From positions 685 to 64,684 of the forward strand of contig JBBSGT010000002.1 in NCBI GenBank assembly GCA_038253825.1: a stretch of 64,000 nt of DNA. The letters are read 5' to 3'. The notes beneath the pieces were generated by a model that was not told the origin of the DNA, searched no databases, and was given only the letters and a program-made list of their open reading frames with translations. The stretch comes from Candidatus Levyibacteriota bacterium. GTDB taxonomy: Bacteria; Patescibacteriota; Microgenomatia; Levybacterales; UBA12049. A program made the position numbers and the translations under genes. Shown here piece after piece: positions 30,684-40,735 of the stretch; the first letter of the stretch is position 1, and each line of letters begins with the position of its first letter.

Positions 30684-31224
30684 AAGTATGAAACTGCTTG
30701 CCCGTCTCTTCATCATCGCTGGAATTTTTTTGTATGCTTTTGCTGTCTATCAAATTGCTTTGCGGGAAAATCCAAAACGTTTAGCGTTTGACAATTATAT
30801 CTACGGTCAAAACCACAGTGTTAATGATAAAAATCTTCCTACAGAAATTACTATAAAAGACCTCGATATTGATATTCCAGTGTATCCATCAATGGTAACA
30901 AACAATCAGTGGCAGACAACTAATGCCGGCGCATCTTATCTGACTTCTTCTCCTTTACCTGGGGCAAAAGGAAACAGTATTGTTTATGCTCATAATTGGC
31001 GAAGCCTTTTTGGTAATTTAGTTAACGCACACATTGGAGAACAAGTTAGCGTAACCTATCCAAATAAAACGAAGAAAATATTTGTTATTGCTTATACATC
31101 CGTTGTGTCACCTGACCAATCGACAATACTTGCTCCTTCAAATGACAAACGCATAACTCTTTATACCTGCACAGGTATTCTTGATTCGAAACGATTTGTC
31201 GCTGTCGCAATCCTCAAAAGTTGA
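30673..31224 (+). CDS. Sortase; the LAXTG preference of its neighbour suggests class E-like.
   Basis: Catalytic His context (VYAHNW), TLxTC active-site motif (ITLYTCTG), an N-terminal transmembrane anchor, and an 11-nt overlap with the substrate gene. Confidence 0.75.
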   Translation: MVNKSMKLLARLFIIAGIFLYAFAVYQIALRENPKRLAFDNYIYGQNHSVNDKNLPTEITIKDLDIDIPVYPSMVTNNQWQTTNAGASYLTSSPLPGAKGNSIVYAHNWRSLFGNLVNAHIGEQVSVTYPNKTKKIFVIAYTSVVSPDQSTILAPSNDKRITLYTCTGILDSKRFVAVAILKS

Positions 31225-31286
31225 AGCCCTACTCTCGTCAGAGCAAGGCTTCATAAATTCCTAGGAAAAAGATACGCTACTAGCTA

Positions 31287-31889
31287 TTAGTAAAGCGTAT
31301 TTGATGAACCATTAACATGGACAGTTACGTTAGATGTAACGTTTCCTGTACCAACTCCTGTTGTACCACCCGTGTTAAAACTTGAAGAATTACCTCCAGT
31401 CTTTGAGTGTGATGTGACACTTGTCCAGATGTAACTCAAATTTTGTTGAGCAACACTGACCCAGTTGTGATTAGATACGTTTACCTTGTTTGTAGATAAC
31501 GCACCATTGTGTGAAACAGTAACGTGAGTAGTGTTATCAGCTGGTGTCGGGACTATTGCAGTATTTGATGAACCACCAACAGTAACATTGACAGTACTGT
31601 TAGCATCTCCTGTGCCTATAATGGTACTTCCGCCGGTATTAAAATCAGCATTATTACCGCCAGTGTTTGCATGTGAGCTGACATCGGTTAAAACGGTGGA
31701 GTCATTATTTTGGGCAACAGTTGTATTGGTAGTATTACGTACCTGGACTGATGTGTCAGATAAAGCTCCATTATGAGAAACAGTTACATTCGTATTTGCA
31801 AAAGCTGCCGGAGAGACTGCCCCGAGAACAATTGCAGCAGTAGCAACTGCTGTTGTTAATTTAGCATTAAAATTGATCATTCTTTTCAC
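31287..31889 (-). CDS. Secreted N/T/G-rich repeat protein, a short paralog of 10278 and 11594.
   Basis: Signal peptide, the repeats VSHNGALS ... NTGGxxxDFNTGG ... TGDANSTVNVTV, and the same GGAGGTGAAAAGA RBS context as 10278. Confidence 0.65.
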   Translation of the reverse strand: MKRMINFNAKLTTAVATAAIVLGAVSPAAFANTNVTVSHNGALSDTSVQVRNTTNTTVAQNNDSTVLTDVSSHANTGGNNADFNTGGSTIIGTGDANSTVNVTVGGSSNTAIVPTPADNTTHVTVSHNGALSTNKVNVSNHNWVSVAQQNLSYIWTSVTSHSKTGGNSSSFNTGGTTGVGTGNVTSNVTVHVNGSSNTLY

Positions 31890-32263
31890 CTCCTTTCATT
31901 AGAATTTACTTCAAAGATTTTCGATTAGTTAGTATGCTTTTCAAAAAAAATAATTTGTCCTGTGTGTATTGAACCTATGAGCACTTATGAGAAATTTCTT
32001 GGCTCAATCTTCAAAGTGCAATACTATAAAAACAGAACAAACTCAGAGACAAAAGAGGCTGAGTTCCGCACTTCACAGAACCCAGCCTCAAGCACAAAAA
32101 AGCTTTTGAATTCCCCCAAAAACAGAACTCAAAAGCTTAAATAATTTCTACTTGGGCAGTTAATCATTTTGGTAAGTTTAGAATAAATTAATTGCTCTGC
32201 TTTGTCAATTGATGCAAATGTAATACAACTGTATCAAAGTATAATTTCTTGATAATCTTTGGC

Positions 32264-33094
32264 TTATTTGTTAACCTGAAGTATACAATGTAATCCATTA
32301 TGGTCAGAAAGATAGCTTTTTTTGCCACCAGCAAATCTCACAGGCTCGGTCAAAACCTGTGCATTTTTTGTAATTGTTAATTTTTTCGAAACTGTTTTCA
32401 GGAACATATAATCAATCACGGTGGAAGTGTGCGCTGTATAAAGATATTTGAAACGGTTAAAATAATATGTCACGGCTTCTTCTTTTGCGAAAATATCTTT
32501 TGCCTGCGTTGTCGATAAAAACGATTTATAAAGTTCAGAATATTTTCCTATGTTAAAATCACCCATGACAATAACTGCTGGTGATTTTTGAGAGTATTTA
32601 TTCATTTGTCTTGCCGCTTCTTCTGACTGACTTCGTATAAGCTTATAAAGCTTGTTTTTTGATGTTAAATCATGCTCAAGATCAGAGCTAAGATGTGTGG
32701 TGCATAACTTCAGCGCAAAGTCCTTTACGGTAGCAGAAAGCATGCCATTCTGCGCAATTTTTGTATAAAAAGGAATAGTTGCATTTGCTGGGTGAGTATA
32801 GGTAAAAAATTCTTGTTCGGATAACTGATATTTTGAAAAAATTGCCAAACCCCCACGAGGCCCCAAAATATTTTTGTGATATGCCACGTAAGGGAAACTG
32901 GATAATCTCTTTTTAAATAAATAAAAATTATAGTAACTGAAAAGCTCTTGTAAACAAACAATATCATATGATCCATGATTTATTTCTTGGGCAATATATT
33001 TGTAACGCTTTGTTATATCCGGAGCAAAAAAAGGCACTCCAAATGTATTAAGAGTAAGCAAAGAAAGTTGTGTTTTAGCTTCCATAGATGGCAT
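32264..33094 (-). CDS. Endonuclease/exonuclease/phosphatase (EEP) family protein.
   Basis: The motifs LTLNTFG, IVCLQE and GDFN and a C-terminal SDHNGL. Confidence 0.7.
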   Translation of the reverse strand: MPSMEAKTQLSLLTLNTFGVPFFAPDITKRYKYIAQEINHGSYDIVCLQELFSYYNFYLFKKRLSSFPYVAYHKNILGPRGGLAIFSKYQLSEQEFFTYTHPANATIPFYTKIAQNGMLSATVKDFALKLCTTHLSSDLEHDLTSKNKLYKLIRSQSEEAARQMNKYSQKSPAVIVMGDFNIGKYSELYKSFLSTTQAKDIFAKEEAVTYYFNRFKYLYTAHTSTVIDYMFLKTVSKKLTITKNAQVLTEPVRFAGGKKSYLSDHNGLHCILQVNK

Positions 33095-33160
33095 AGACTT
33101 GAAATTGATACGATAAAATTATACCATAGTGTTTTATGAGAAATTAGTGCACTGCGTTTT

Positions 33161-34135
33161 ATGAAAAAATTCTTTGGTTATTTTTTTGGCATCCTCACAC
33201 TAACACTTCTTCTGTCGGGAAGTGCATTGTGGTATTTATATGGAGCAGAGCTGCATAAATCATTTTCCGCTCTCTCTCCGGTTCCTGATTTTCTAATGCT
33301 TAGCAAAAATAACCAGGCAACACTCCTGGACCTTTGGTTTCCTGGTGTCCAGACAGTCCACGGAAATGGTGATGTCTCAGATCTTACAGCGCAGTCGGTT
33401 CTCATGTATGATCTGACCACTGATAAAATTTTATATGAGAAAGATCCAAAGCAACGACGACCAATGGCTTCACTTACCAAAATAATGACAGCAACTATAG
33501 CGATAGAAAATAAAAAGCCAGATGATAAATATCTTGTAACCAAAGACGATATTGTGGGAGAAGACAGTATGGGAGTAAGCTCAGGAGAGATATTATCCTT
33601 TGATGATTTGATTCATGGTCTGCTACTCCCTTCGGGTAATGATGCCGCAGAAGTATTTGCCCACAACTTCCCCACTGGCAGAAATGGATTTGTACAGGCA
33701 ATGAATAATAAAGCCCAAGCACTTGGCTTGAAAGATACACATTTCACTAATCCCTCAGGACTACAAGGAGATGGCAATCAGTACACAACGACTTACGACC
33801 TCCTTGTCATGACACGTTACGCTTTAGAACAATACCCGGATTTTTCCAATACTGTTGCCACAGCAACATATGATATTGCAGCGTCAAATAATCACAAAGA
33901 ATTTAACCTGGTAAATGAGACAAATCTTCTTACGACATATCCAGGTGTGAAAGGAGTAAAGACAGGTTATACGCCTGAGGCAGGTCTTTGTCTAGTTACC
34001 TATCTTGATTTTGAGGGACACCGAATTATTGGTATTATTTTAAATAGTCAGAACCGTCGAGGTGAAATGAAGGAATTACTTGATTATTCTTTACAAACTG
34101 TCGGAGTAACGCCACCTCCGTATCAGGATAATTAA
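33161..34135 (+). CDS. D-alanyl-D-alanine carboxypeptidase (S11 peptidase, PBP5-like).
   Basis: SxxK (ASLTK), SGN (LPSGND) and KTG (KTGYT) motifs with a signal-anchor helix. Confidence 0.8.
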   Translation: MKKFFGYFFGILTLTLLLSGSALWYLYGAELHKSFSALSPVPDFLMLSKNNQATLLDLWFPGVQTVHGNGDVSDLTAQSVLMYDLTTDKILYEKDPKQRRPMASLTKIMTATIAIENKKPDDKYLVTKDDIVGEDSMGVSSGEILSFDDLIHGLLLPSGNDAAEVFAHNFPTGRNGFVQAMNNKAQALGLKDTHFTNPSGLQGDGNQYTTTYDLLVMTRYALEQYPDFSNTVATATYDIAASNNHKEFNLVNETNLLTTYPGVKGVKTGYTPEAGLCLVTYLDFEGHRIIGIILNSQNRRGEMKELLDYSLQTVGVTPPPYQDN

Positions 34136-34169
34136 GATTCAGTATAGTACATGAATATATTTACCCTCC

Positions 34170-34823
34170 GTGCTATACTGGAGTTATATGACAGCCGCGC
34201 TTATTTCTTTTATTGATAAACTGCAAGACTTTTTAGCCAATTTTTTAGTAAGCCAAATTTATCTTGCACCGATTTTCATTTTAGTACTTGAAGAAATGGG
34301 TATTCCGCTTCCCTTTGCAGATGTCGTGATCGCATATACGGGTTATCAAGTTGCAATAGGACGTATTCCCTATTTTGTTGCTTATCTTGTCTTACTTGTT
34401 TCAGATATTTTGGGAGCAACTATTCTCTATCTTATTGCAAGACATTATGGAAGAAAAGTAATTGATAAATTTGGGAAATATATTGATCTTGATCAGAAAA
34501 AATTTACCGCTGTGGAAGAAAAGTTTCGTAAATATGGTCCAGTTGTGATTATTATCGGAAGACATATTATTGGTTTTAAAATCCCTATCACCCTCTTTTC
34601 CGGTATCTCGAAAATGCGTTATCGTACTTTTGCAATAAGTGTCCTGATCTCAGATAGTTTTTGGATTCCTTTCTATCTTTCACTTGGTGAAAAACTTGGA
34701 CCCAAGACACTTCATTTACTCCATGATCATCACTGGTATGTATTACTCTTCCTCTTTCCTATTATTGTCGCGATTATGCCGTTCTTCCTTATGCGCAAGA
34801 ATAAGCATTTTAATTTATTTTAG
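34170..34823 (+). CDS. DedA/SNARE-associated family membrane protein.
   Basis: DedA signature EEMGIPLPFADVV ... ARHYGRKVIDKFG. Confidence 0.7.
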   Translation: MLYWSYMTAALISFIDKLQDFLANFLVSQIYLAPIFILVLEEMGIPLPFADVVIAYTGYQVAIGRIPYFVAYLVLLVSDILGATILYLIARHYGRKVIDKFGKYIDLDQKKFTAVEEKFRKYGPVVIIIGRHIIGFKIPITLFSGISKMRYRTFAISVLISDSFWIPFYLSLGEKLGPKTLHLLHDHHWYVLLFLFPIIVAIMPFFLMRKNKHFNLF

Positions 34824-35061
34824 ATTTTACAAACTCACTTTTACTCATTAATAATTAAATTTCTATGAAAATTATCATCAGCTGACATTTGCGATGGAGA
34901 CAAATTTTAAAGAAATATCATGTCAAGGCCACTGTTTATATCATTACAGTATTTACAGATGGATTTGATTTCAGGAATCAAGCACAAGTGGCTACATCAG
35001 GATACATTTAAGGCGTAGTAAAATTGCTTAGAATGAAAGTAAATTACAAAAAGTAAAAAGT

Positions 35062-35070
35062 ATGCTATAA
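35062..35070 (+). promoter_or_regulatory. Extended -10 promoter element (TGcTATAAT).
   Basis: TG-n-TATAAT directly upstream of a Met-less zinc-ribbon reading frame. Confidence 0.35.
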
Positions 35071-35080
35071 TAGAGATATT

Positions 35081-35332
35081 ATTACGAAAGATTTAACTCA
35101 AAAGTGTTTTCAATGCGGTTCGCCTCTAATTCTGGTCAGTAAGACGACTAGTCAGGTAGAGGGTGTCCGTTATCCACAAACAACAACAATATACCGTTGC
35201 TCGAATACCTCATGTCAGGAAGAAAAAGATAAAGAGACAGCAAAAAGGATCAAACTTCGAGATGATAAAATAAAATCGGATAAAGTTCGCGCCGACAAAA
35301 AACTTGAAGACAAATTAGCGGCAGCTAAATAA
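35081..35332 (+). other. Possible small zinc-ribbon protein reading frame (about 83 codons) with no canonical start codon.
   Basis: Open frame ITKDLTQKCFQCGSPL...YRCSNTSCQEEKDKE...LAAAK* with CxxC...CxxxxC and a Lys/Asp-rich tail. There is no ATG, GTG or TTG in frame after the upstream stop at 35054. Confidence 0.25.
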
Positions 35333-35459
35333 TTAGACAAAAATAATAACGATCATAATAATCCCCAATACTGTAAATAATCCCACACTTACTTTTTTTA
35401 ATTCTTGACATAGGTGATAAATATTGCTTGAATTAAAAAAGGAAGAGTTTTCCCAGTAT

Positions 35460-36455
35460 ATGGCAAAGAAAACAAACAAGAATCAATTATTAAATAAAAA
35501 GAATGTTTATATTGCAGTAGCACTGTTTGCGCTTGGTTTACCTATTGCTATAGTTGCAAGCCAGCAAACGACGGTTACACAACAACACGCGTCACAGTTC
35601 AATGACCTCAATACGTCTACGGCTATTACACAAACAAATAATACTGATGGCACCATGGGATCTGTCGATTCAAGGGGGAATTTTTCAAATACATTTCCTG
35701 ATGTCTATTTAGGTAACCTGAGTTTTCTTGTAACAGATCCTCCTCAAGCGCCACATTATAGTGGAAATGGTAACACCTTTGGTCTTTCCCATAATCCAAC
35801 TTTAACATTGACTCCTGCTCCTACTATAGTTTTACCCACACAAGCCCAAGGGCAAATAAATCAAGGACACGACAGTAACGCTTCGACTTCTCCAGTACAT
35901 GGACAAAATACCTATGTAACGGATTCTGCAAATGGCCACAATGGGGGTCCTCAGGCAGTAACCTCTCTCCAAGTAATCGTGACAAAGGTTGAAGTACATC
36001 TAGCCCATATTGGTTTGCCTGGTGCAAAAAATCAAGCTTACGCATCACCTACTCCTGAAAAGCATTATGGAAAACCAGTCCGTACTTCCAATCAAGAAGT
36101 AGACAAGTGGGAAACATTACAAATTGGCGCTCCTCAATCACTTGATCTGGTACAACTCGCCAATGCACATCTATCAACTTTATTATGCAATACAAAATTG
36201 GTTAATGGGAGATATACAGAAATTCGACTCTATATAAGCAAGGCTTCTGCAACTCTAAAGGATGGCACAAAAGTAGACGTGGTTATTCCTGGAAAAGGTA
36301 ATATTGTGCGGGTTGTGCATCCATTTGTTATCGATTCAAGTAAAACAACATCTATAACTATGGACTTTGATGCACAAAATTCAGTTATCCAAGCTGGAAC
36401 GAAGTACATTCTCAAACCTGTGATCGCAAAAATGGTAGAAAAAGACGTAAATTAG
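35460..36455 (+). CDS. Hypothetical membrane-anchored secreted protein.
   Basis: N-terminal transmembrane helix (VYIAVALFALGLPIAIVA) and a T/N/Q-rich exported domain. The start is taken as MAKKTNK at 35460, which is tentative; the track start is 35424. Confidence 0.5.
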   Translation: MAKKTNKNQLLNKKNVYIAVALFALGLPIAIVASQQTTVTQQHASQFNDLNTSTAITQTNNTDGTMGSVDSRGNFSNTFPDVYLGNLSFLVTDPPQAPHYSGNGNTFGLSHNPTLTLTPAPTIVLPTQAQGQINQGHDSNASTSPVHGQNTYVTDSANGHNGGPQAVTSLQVIVTKVEVHLAHIGLPGAKNQAYASPTPEKHYGKPVRTSNQEVDKWETLQIGAPQSLDLVQLANAHLSTLLCNTKLVNGRYTEIRLYISKASATLKDGTKVDVVIPGKGNIVRVVHPFVIDSSKTTSITMDFDAQNSVIQAGTKYILKPVIAKMVEKDVN

Positions 36456-36526
36456 ACAAACCTCTCTTTAAAAGCTAAAAGTTCGCCAGCTTATCCAAAC
36501 TCTCTAGGCCAGGAATTTGTTATAAT

Positions 36527-37084
36527 TTGTTCGTGAGAGATGAAATTGAAAATTTAATTGCTTCAGTTGCTCCTTATGACAAAATGGAACAAGAACACAT
36601 AACTAATACTCTCCTATGGATCAGAAGTAAAGCTGAGATATTTAGATTGAAAAAACCTGACACACCGCCAAAACATTTAGTCTCCTATTTCGTTTTAGTA
36701 GATAAAAAAAAGAGAAAACTACTTTTAATAAATCATATAAAAACGGGTTTGTGGTTACCTCCCGGAGGACATGTTGAAAACAACGAACATCCTGCGGATA
36801 CTGTTAAACGTGAGATTCAAGAAGAACTAGGGATAAAAGCACTATTTATATTCGATGACCCTTTTTTCATTACGGTAACTAAGACTGTAAATATTGATGC
36901 CGGGCATACTGATGTGAGTCTTTGGTATCTTCTCAAAGGTGATATGTTAAAAAAATTAGAATATGACAAAAGTGAAATGAACGGTTATCGATGGTTTTCA
37001 TTTGAAGAAATATTACAACTAGCAATGAATAAATGTGATCCACATATGCATCGCTTTACAAACAAATTACTAAATTCTGTTTAG
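36527..37084 (+). CDS. NUDIX hydrolase.
   Basis: Nudix box GGHVENNEHPADTVKREIQEELGI (Gx5Ex7REUxEExGU). Confidence 0.8.
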   Translation: MFVRDEIENLIASVAPYDKMEQEHITNTLLWIRSKAEIFRLKKPDTPPKHLVSYFVLVDKKKRKLLLINHIKTGLWLPPGGHVENNEHPADTVKREIQEELGIKALFIFDDPFFITVTKTVNIDAGHTDVSLWYLLKGDMLKKLEYDKSEMNGYRWFSFEEILQLAMNKCDPHMHRFTNKLLNSV

Positions 37085-37200
37085 CTATACTTTTTAGTAC
37101 AATATGTACGTTATTTTAACTTGTCGGTGGTAATTTAAGATGTGAAACAATAATCATGGTTCATATTGCTTATATTTCCTCATTCTGATAAATTTAGAGT

Positions 37201-37866
37201 ATGATAGATGGAGGAGAGGATACGGGTCCTTCGCAAGCAGAAGTAGGCTCAAATAAGGAAAAAAAGCCTGGATTAAGATTATCAAGATGGGTTCGTGGAT
37301 TGAGAGGAAATGTAGATCGGCAGGCTGCTCCGGTTACACCTGTTGTTCCATCAGAGCCTTCTCCTCTTTCAGTTGAATCCCCTGCGGCGCCATGGCTACA
37401 ATTACCACGAGCTGGCGTTTCTTCAGGTGAGCTACTTGAAACACCAGAGAATCAAGCTAGCCCTTTTGTAGTTGTAGGATTAACTGATATGGAAGATTTT
37501 TCTCTCGAAGGTTTCTCTAAAAAGATCGATGAAAATAACCTCATTGATCTAGATGATGCTATGGGAAGTAATATGAAATATATAGTTATACGTCAAGAGA
37601 ATGAAGATCAACCTCCTGCTGATGCTTTATTTGTCTTTTCTGAAGGCGTACAGCACGATAGATTCTTAGAACAATTAACATCAATTGGTTATACGGGAGA
37701 AGCGCAATCAGCCGGATTTTTAGGCCTTACAACTGGTGCCACTCCTTCTCTGTTACTTTCTTCTTCTTCCAGTTCGCTGGATGATAAAGGAGTTCTCTCA
37801 AATTCAGCGTCAAACACTTATAAAATCAATAATCTGGCAAAAAAGTTGGATGCAGATTTGGTTTAA
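37201..37866 (+). CDS. Hypothetical acidic protein.
   Basis: 221 aa intact ORF with a Pro/Ser-rich N-terminus and an acidic core; no recognisable motif. Confidence 0.4.
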   Translation: MIDGGEDTGPSQAEVGSNKEKKPGLRLSRWVRGLRGNVDRQAAPVTPVVPSEPSPLSVESPAAPWLQLPRAGVSSGELLETPENQASPFVVVGLTDMEDFSLEGFSKKIDENNLIDLDDAMGSNMKYIVIRQENEDQPPADALFVFSEGVQHDRFLEQLTSIGYTGEAQSAGFLGLTTGATPSLLLSSSSSSLDDKGVLSNSASNTYKINNLAKKLDADLV

Positions 37867-38238
37867 ATTTGCTTTTGCACTTATTTCTGAAAATAAATGG
37901 TTAGAATAAAATGGGAATAAATTCACTTTTAGTTAACTGATCCACATATTGATAAACTATGCACAATGTACATATCATTGACAATGGGATTACATAAAGA
38001 ATGAATTTGAAACAGAAAAAGTTTTCAAGACTTTCTTACAATTATTTACCTCAGTTAATGAAAGCAACGTTTGTTTGTAAAGAGAATTATTCTTGAACTC
38101 AAACCAATCTATCCCTGGTAACTAGTCGGAATAGTGTACGATTTCAGGAACTAGTAGCATGATATTCCGCAGCTCTATCTAATACGAATTGTTCGAATCA
38201 AGGCTCTCCAGCAAATAGGTTAGTCATAATTTACGAAA

Positions 38239-39403
38239 GTGGCTAAGCAAGCCGGAAAGAGAATAGCAATTTTGTTATATGAGGGTGCAAGCCTCAGTTG
38301 CGGAATAGATAGAAATAACCTAGAATACTATTCTGCTATTATGATTCCAAGAAAACGAACAGAAACTAGTATACCTCAGGCACTTACTGAATTTGGTGCA
38401 CAATTTCAAATTCCTGAAATACAACGCGTTGTTCCCTATGGGAAAGGGAGTATCAATGAAACATTTTTGGTCAAAACAAGTGGTTCACCTTTTATATTAC
38501 AACAGTTACGCCCAGCATATGACTACGGAAGTTTAGAAGACTACGAGGCTATCACTCAATGTGTTGATCGCGCAGGCATCATAACACCTCGTATCGTTCC
38601 AACAAAAACTGGCTTACTTGGTACAATAAAGGACAATCGTTTGTGGCGAATGACTTCGTTTGTGCCCGGTGTAACGCTAAAGCGAAGTCCCACATCTTCT
38701 CAAGTAAAGAGTGCTGCAGCATTACTAGGAAGATGGCATGAGGGGTTGAGTACGCTTGATTATGACTTTCACTTCAAGTTACCTGACTTTCATGATACTC
38801 CTAAAAAAATGATGGATTTACAAGCTGCACTAACAGCGACATGAAGGTACAGAAAAATACGAACAGCTTGCACCACTTGCCGAAGAAGTATTAACAGCTT
38901 ATGCTTCGCTAGGAGCTACAACTATACATTTACCTCGTCGCATTACCCATGGTGATCCAAACATTCATAATGTACGTTTTACAAATGATGGAGATAAAGC
39001 TATAAGTCTCTTAGATTTAGATACCCTAGGACATAATTCAGTGATTATCGATATTGCTGATGCTGTGAGAAGTTTGGCTCAGATAAAAGATAAGCACGCT
39101 CCTCACGATGCTCGATTCGATAGTGCTCTTTTCCAGCTTATACTTGATGGCTATAGAAACACTGCACATTTTTTGACACCTGACGAGCTTTATGCAATTC
39201 CAGATGGTGTTGAGCAATTAACACTTGAATTGTCAGCCAGGTATATTACCGATGCATTCGAGGAAATGTATTTCAGGCATGATCCGATGCAATATCCAAA
39301 TTTATTCGAACAAAACAAAGTAGATGCACTTATTCAACTCAATTTTTATCGTAGTTTTATAACGCAAAGAGCGGGCGTGGAAAGTATGATTATGCAATAT
39401 TGA
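38239..39403 (+). pseudogene. APH/choline-kinase/homoserine-kinase-II-like phosphotransferase interrupted by a single-nucleotide frameshift between about 38813 and 38838.
   Basis: Track ORFs 38239..38844 (frame 1) and 39041..39403 (frame 2) are joined by a stop-free frame-2 stretch 38834..39040 encoding ...ITHGDPNIHNVRF...LLDLDTLG. These are the Brenner HGDxxxxN and DxD motifs of the APH fold. Confidence 0.65.
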
Positions 39404-39706
39404 AGGTACGAGTGCATGTTTATAACAAGTACATTATTTTACCGCATCAAATACTTTATGTATCTCAACTCTTTGTTTGCGGCTTGCGATATGGAAAATT
39501 GTCATTAGGAAGTTTCGCATACCAACGAACTTAATCATTCCACAACATTGTGAAAATATCATATAATATTATTTCGATAAAAAATTCCAAAATTGTCAAG
39601 GCTCTCCAGCAAAAGAATTTTTCTTTAGATTAGCTTCAAAAATAGCACCAATTCTTATAAAAAAGCTCTGGATTCGAAGTATGAGCAAAAATTCTGATAT
39701 AATTTT

Positions 39707-40321
39707 TTGGATATGGAAATAATAATAATCGCTGGAGGTTCTGGATCCGGAAAGTCTGCTCTCGCATATACATTAGAAGATCATTATCCAAATGTGTTTG
39801 AAGTAATGAACTTGGACGATTACCACAAGCTGAAAACTTCTATTGGATTGCCAATGCTAGAGAATAAGATTAATTGGGATCATCCTGGTGTCATACAATG
39901 GGATAAGCTAATAAAAGACATTGCACTACTTCAAAATGGAAAGCCAGTTACCATTAATTCATGGAGTCATCGTTCTAATCGAGATTACTTTAAACATGGG
40001 AAAATGATACCTCGAACAATGGTTCCCAAAAAGGCACTCATCATTGAAGGAAATATGGTTCTTTGGAATAAACAAATCAAGGATTTAAGTAGTAGATCAT
40101 ATTTTTTAAATCTCGATGACGAAACTCGAATGAGGCGTAGAAATAAATTTATCGATCCTGATTATGATAGTAAAGTTCTTCAACCTATGCATAAAATGTA
40201 TGTAGTTCCAACGATGTCCTACGCAGATATAATACTTAATGTTACAAAAATGAATCAAGCAGAAGTTTACTTTAATATTGAACACGATTTAAAAGAAACT
40301 TACACATTTCTTCAAGCATAA
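39707..40321 (+). CDS. Uridine kinase/phosphoribulokinase-family P-loop kinase.
   Basis: P-loop IIAGGSGSGKSALA and the NWDHPGVIQWDKL ... NGKPVTINSWSHRSNRD pattern, which matches Udk-like NFDHPDAFD ... GKxVxxPxYxFxxHxR. Confidence 0.65.
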   Translation: MDMEIIIIAGGSGSGKSALAYTLEDHYPNVFEVMNLDDYHKLKTSIGLPMLENKINWDHPGVIQWDKLIKDIALLQNGKPVTINSWSHRSNRDYFKHGKMIPRTMVPKKALIIEGNMVLWNKQIKDLSSRSYFLNLDDETRMRRRNKFIDPDYDSKVLQPMHKMYVVPTMSYADIILNVTKMNQAEVYFNIEHDLKETYTFLQA

Positions 40322-40735
40322 AAAGCTCCAAGCTCGTCAAGGCTTGCCTGCAAACGGCCGCAGGTATATATATTCTACTTTGTTTGCTATACCTCAGAAG
40401 TGAACGATTTAGTATTCAGTTACTATCGCGATTCAATTTATGAATAAGTATAGGTACCTCATAATATAGCTTTAGAAGAAGCAGATGCTTTTGCGAAGAG
40501 TGGTTCTTGGGACGAAGACCTGAATAATATTCAAACAGTTTATCTAAGTGATGGTGTATTTTTAATAGGACCAGTGGGAATTTGCATAGTAGCTATGGGC
40601 GCAATTAGGAAACTTTCTGAAACCATTTGGGAAATTAAACGAATGAGAGCATGAACTACTATTTGGAAAATCCCTATGATATTCCGCAGCTTTTTCTCAA
40701 ATGATAAGTTCAAATCAAGGCTCTCAGCCACCGTT

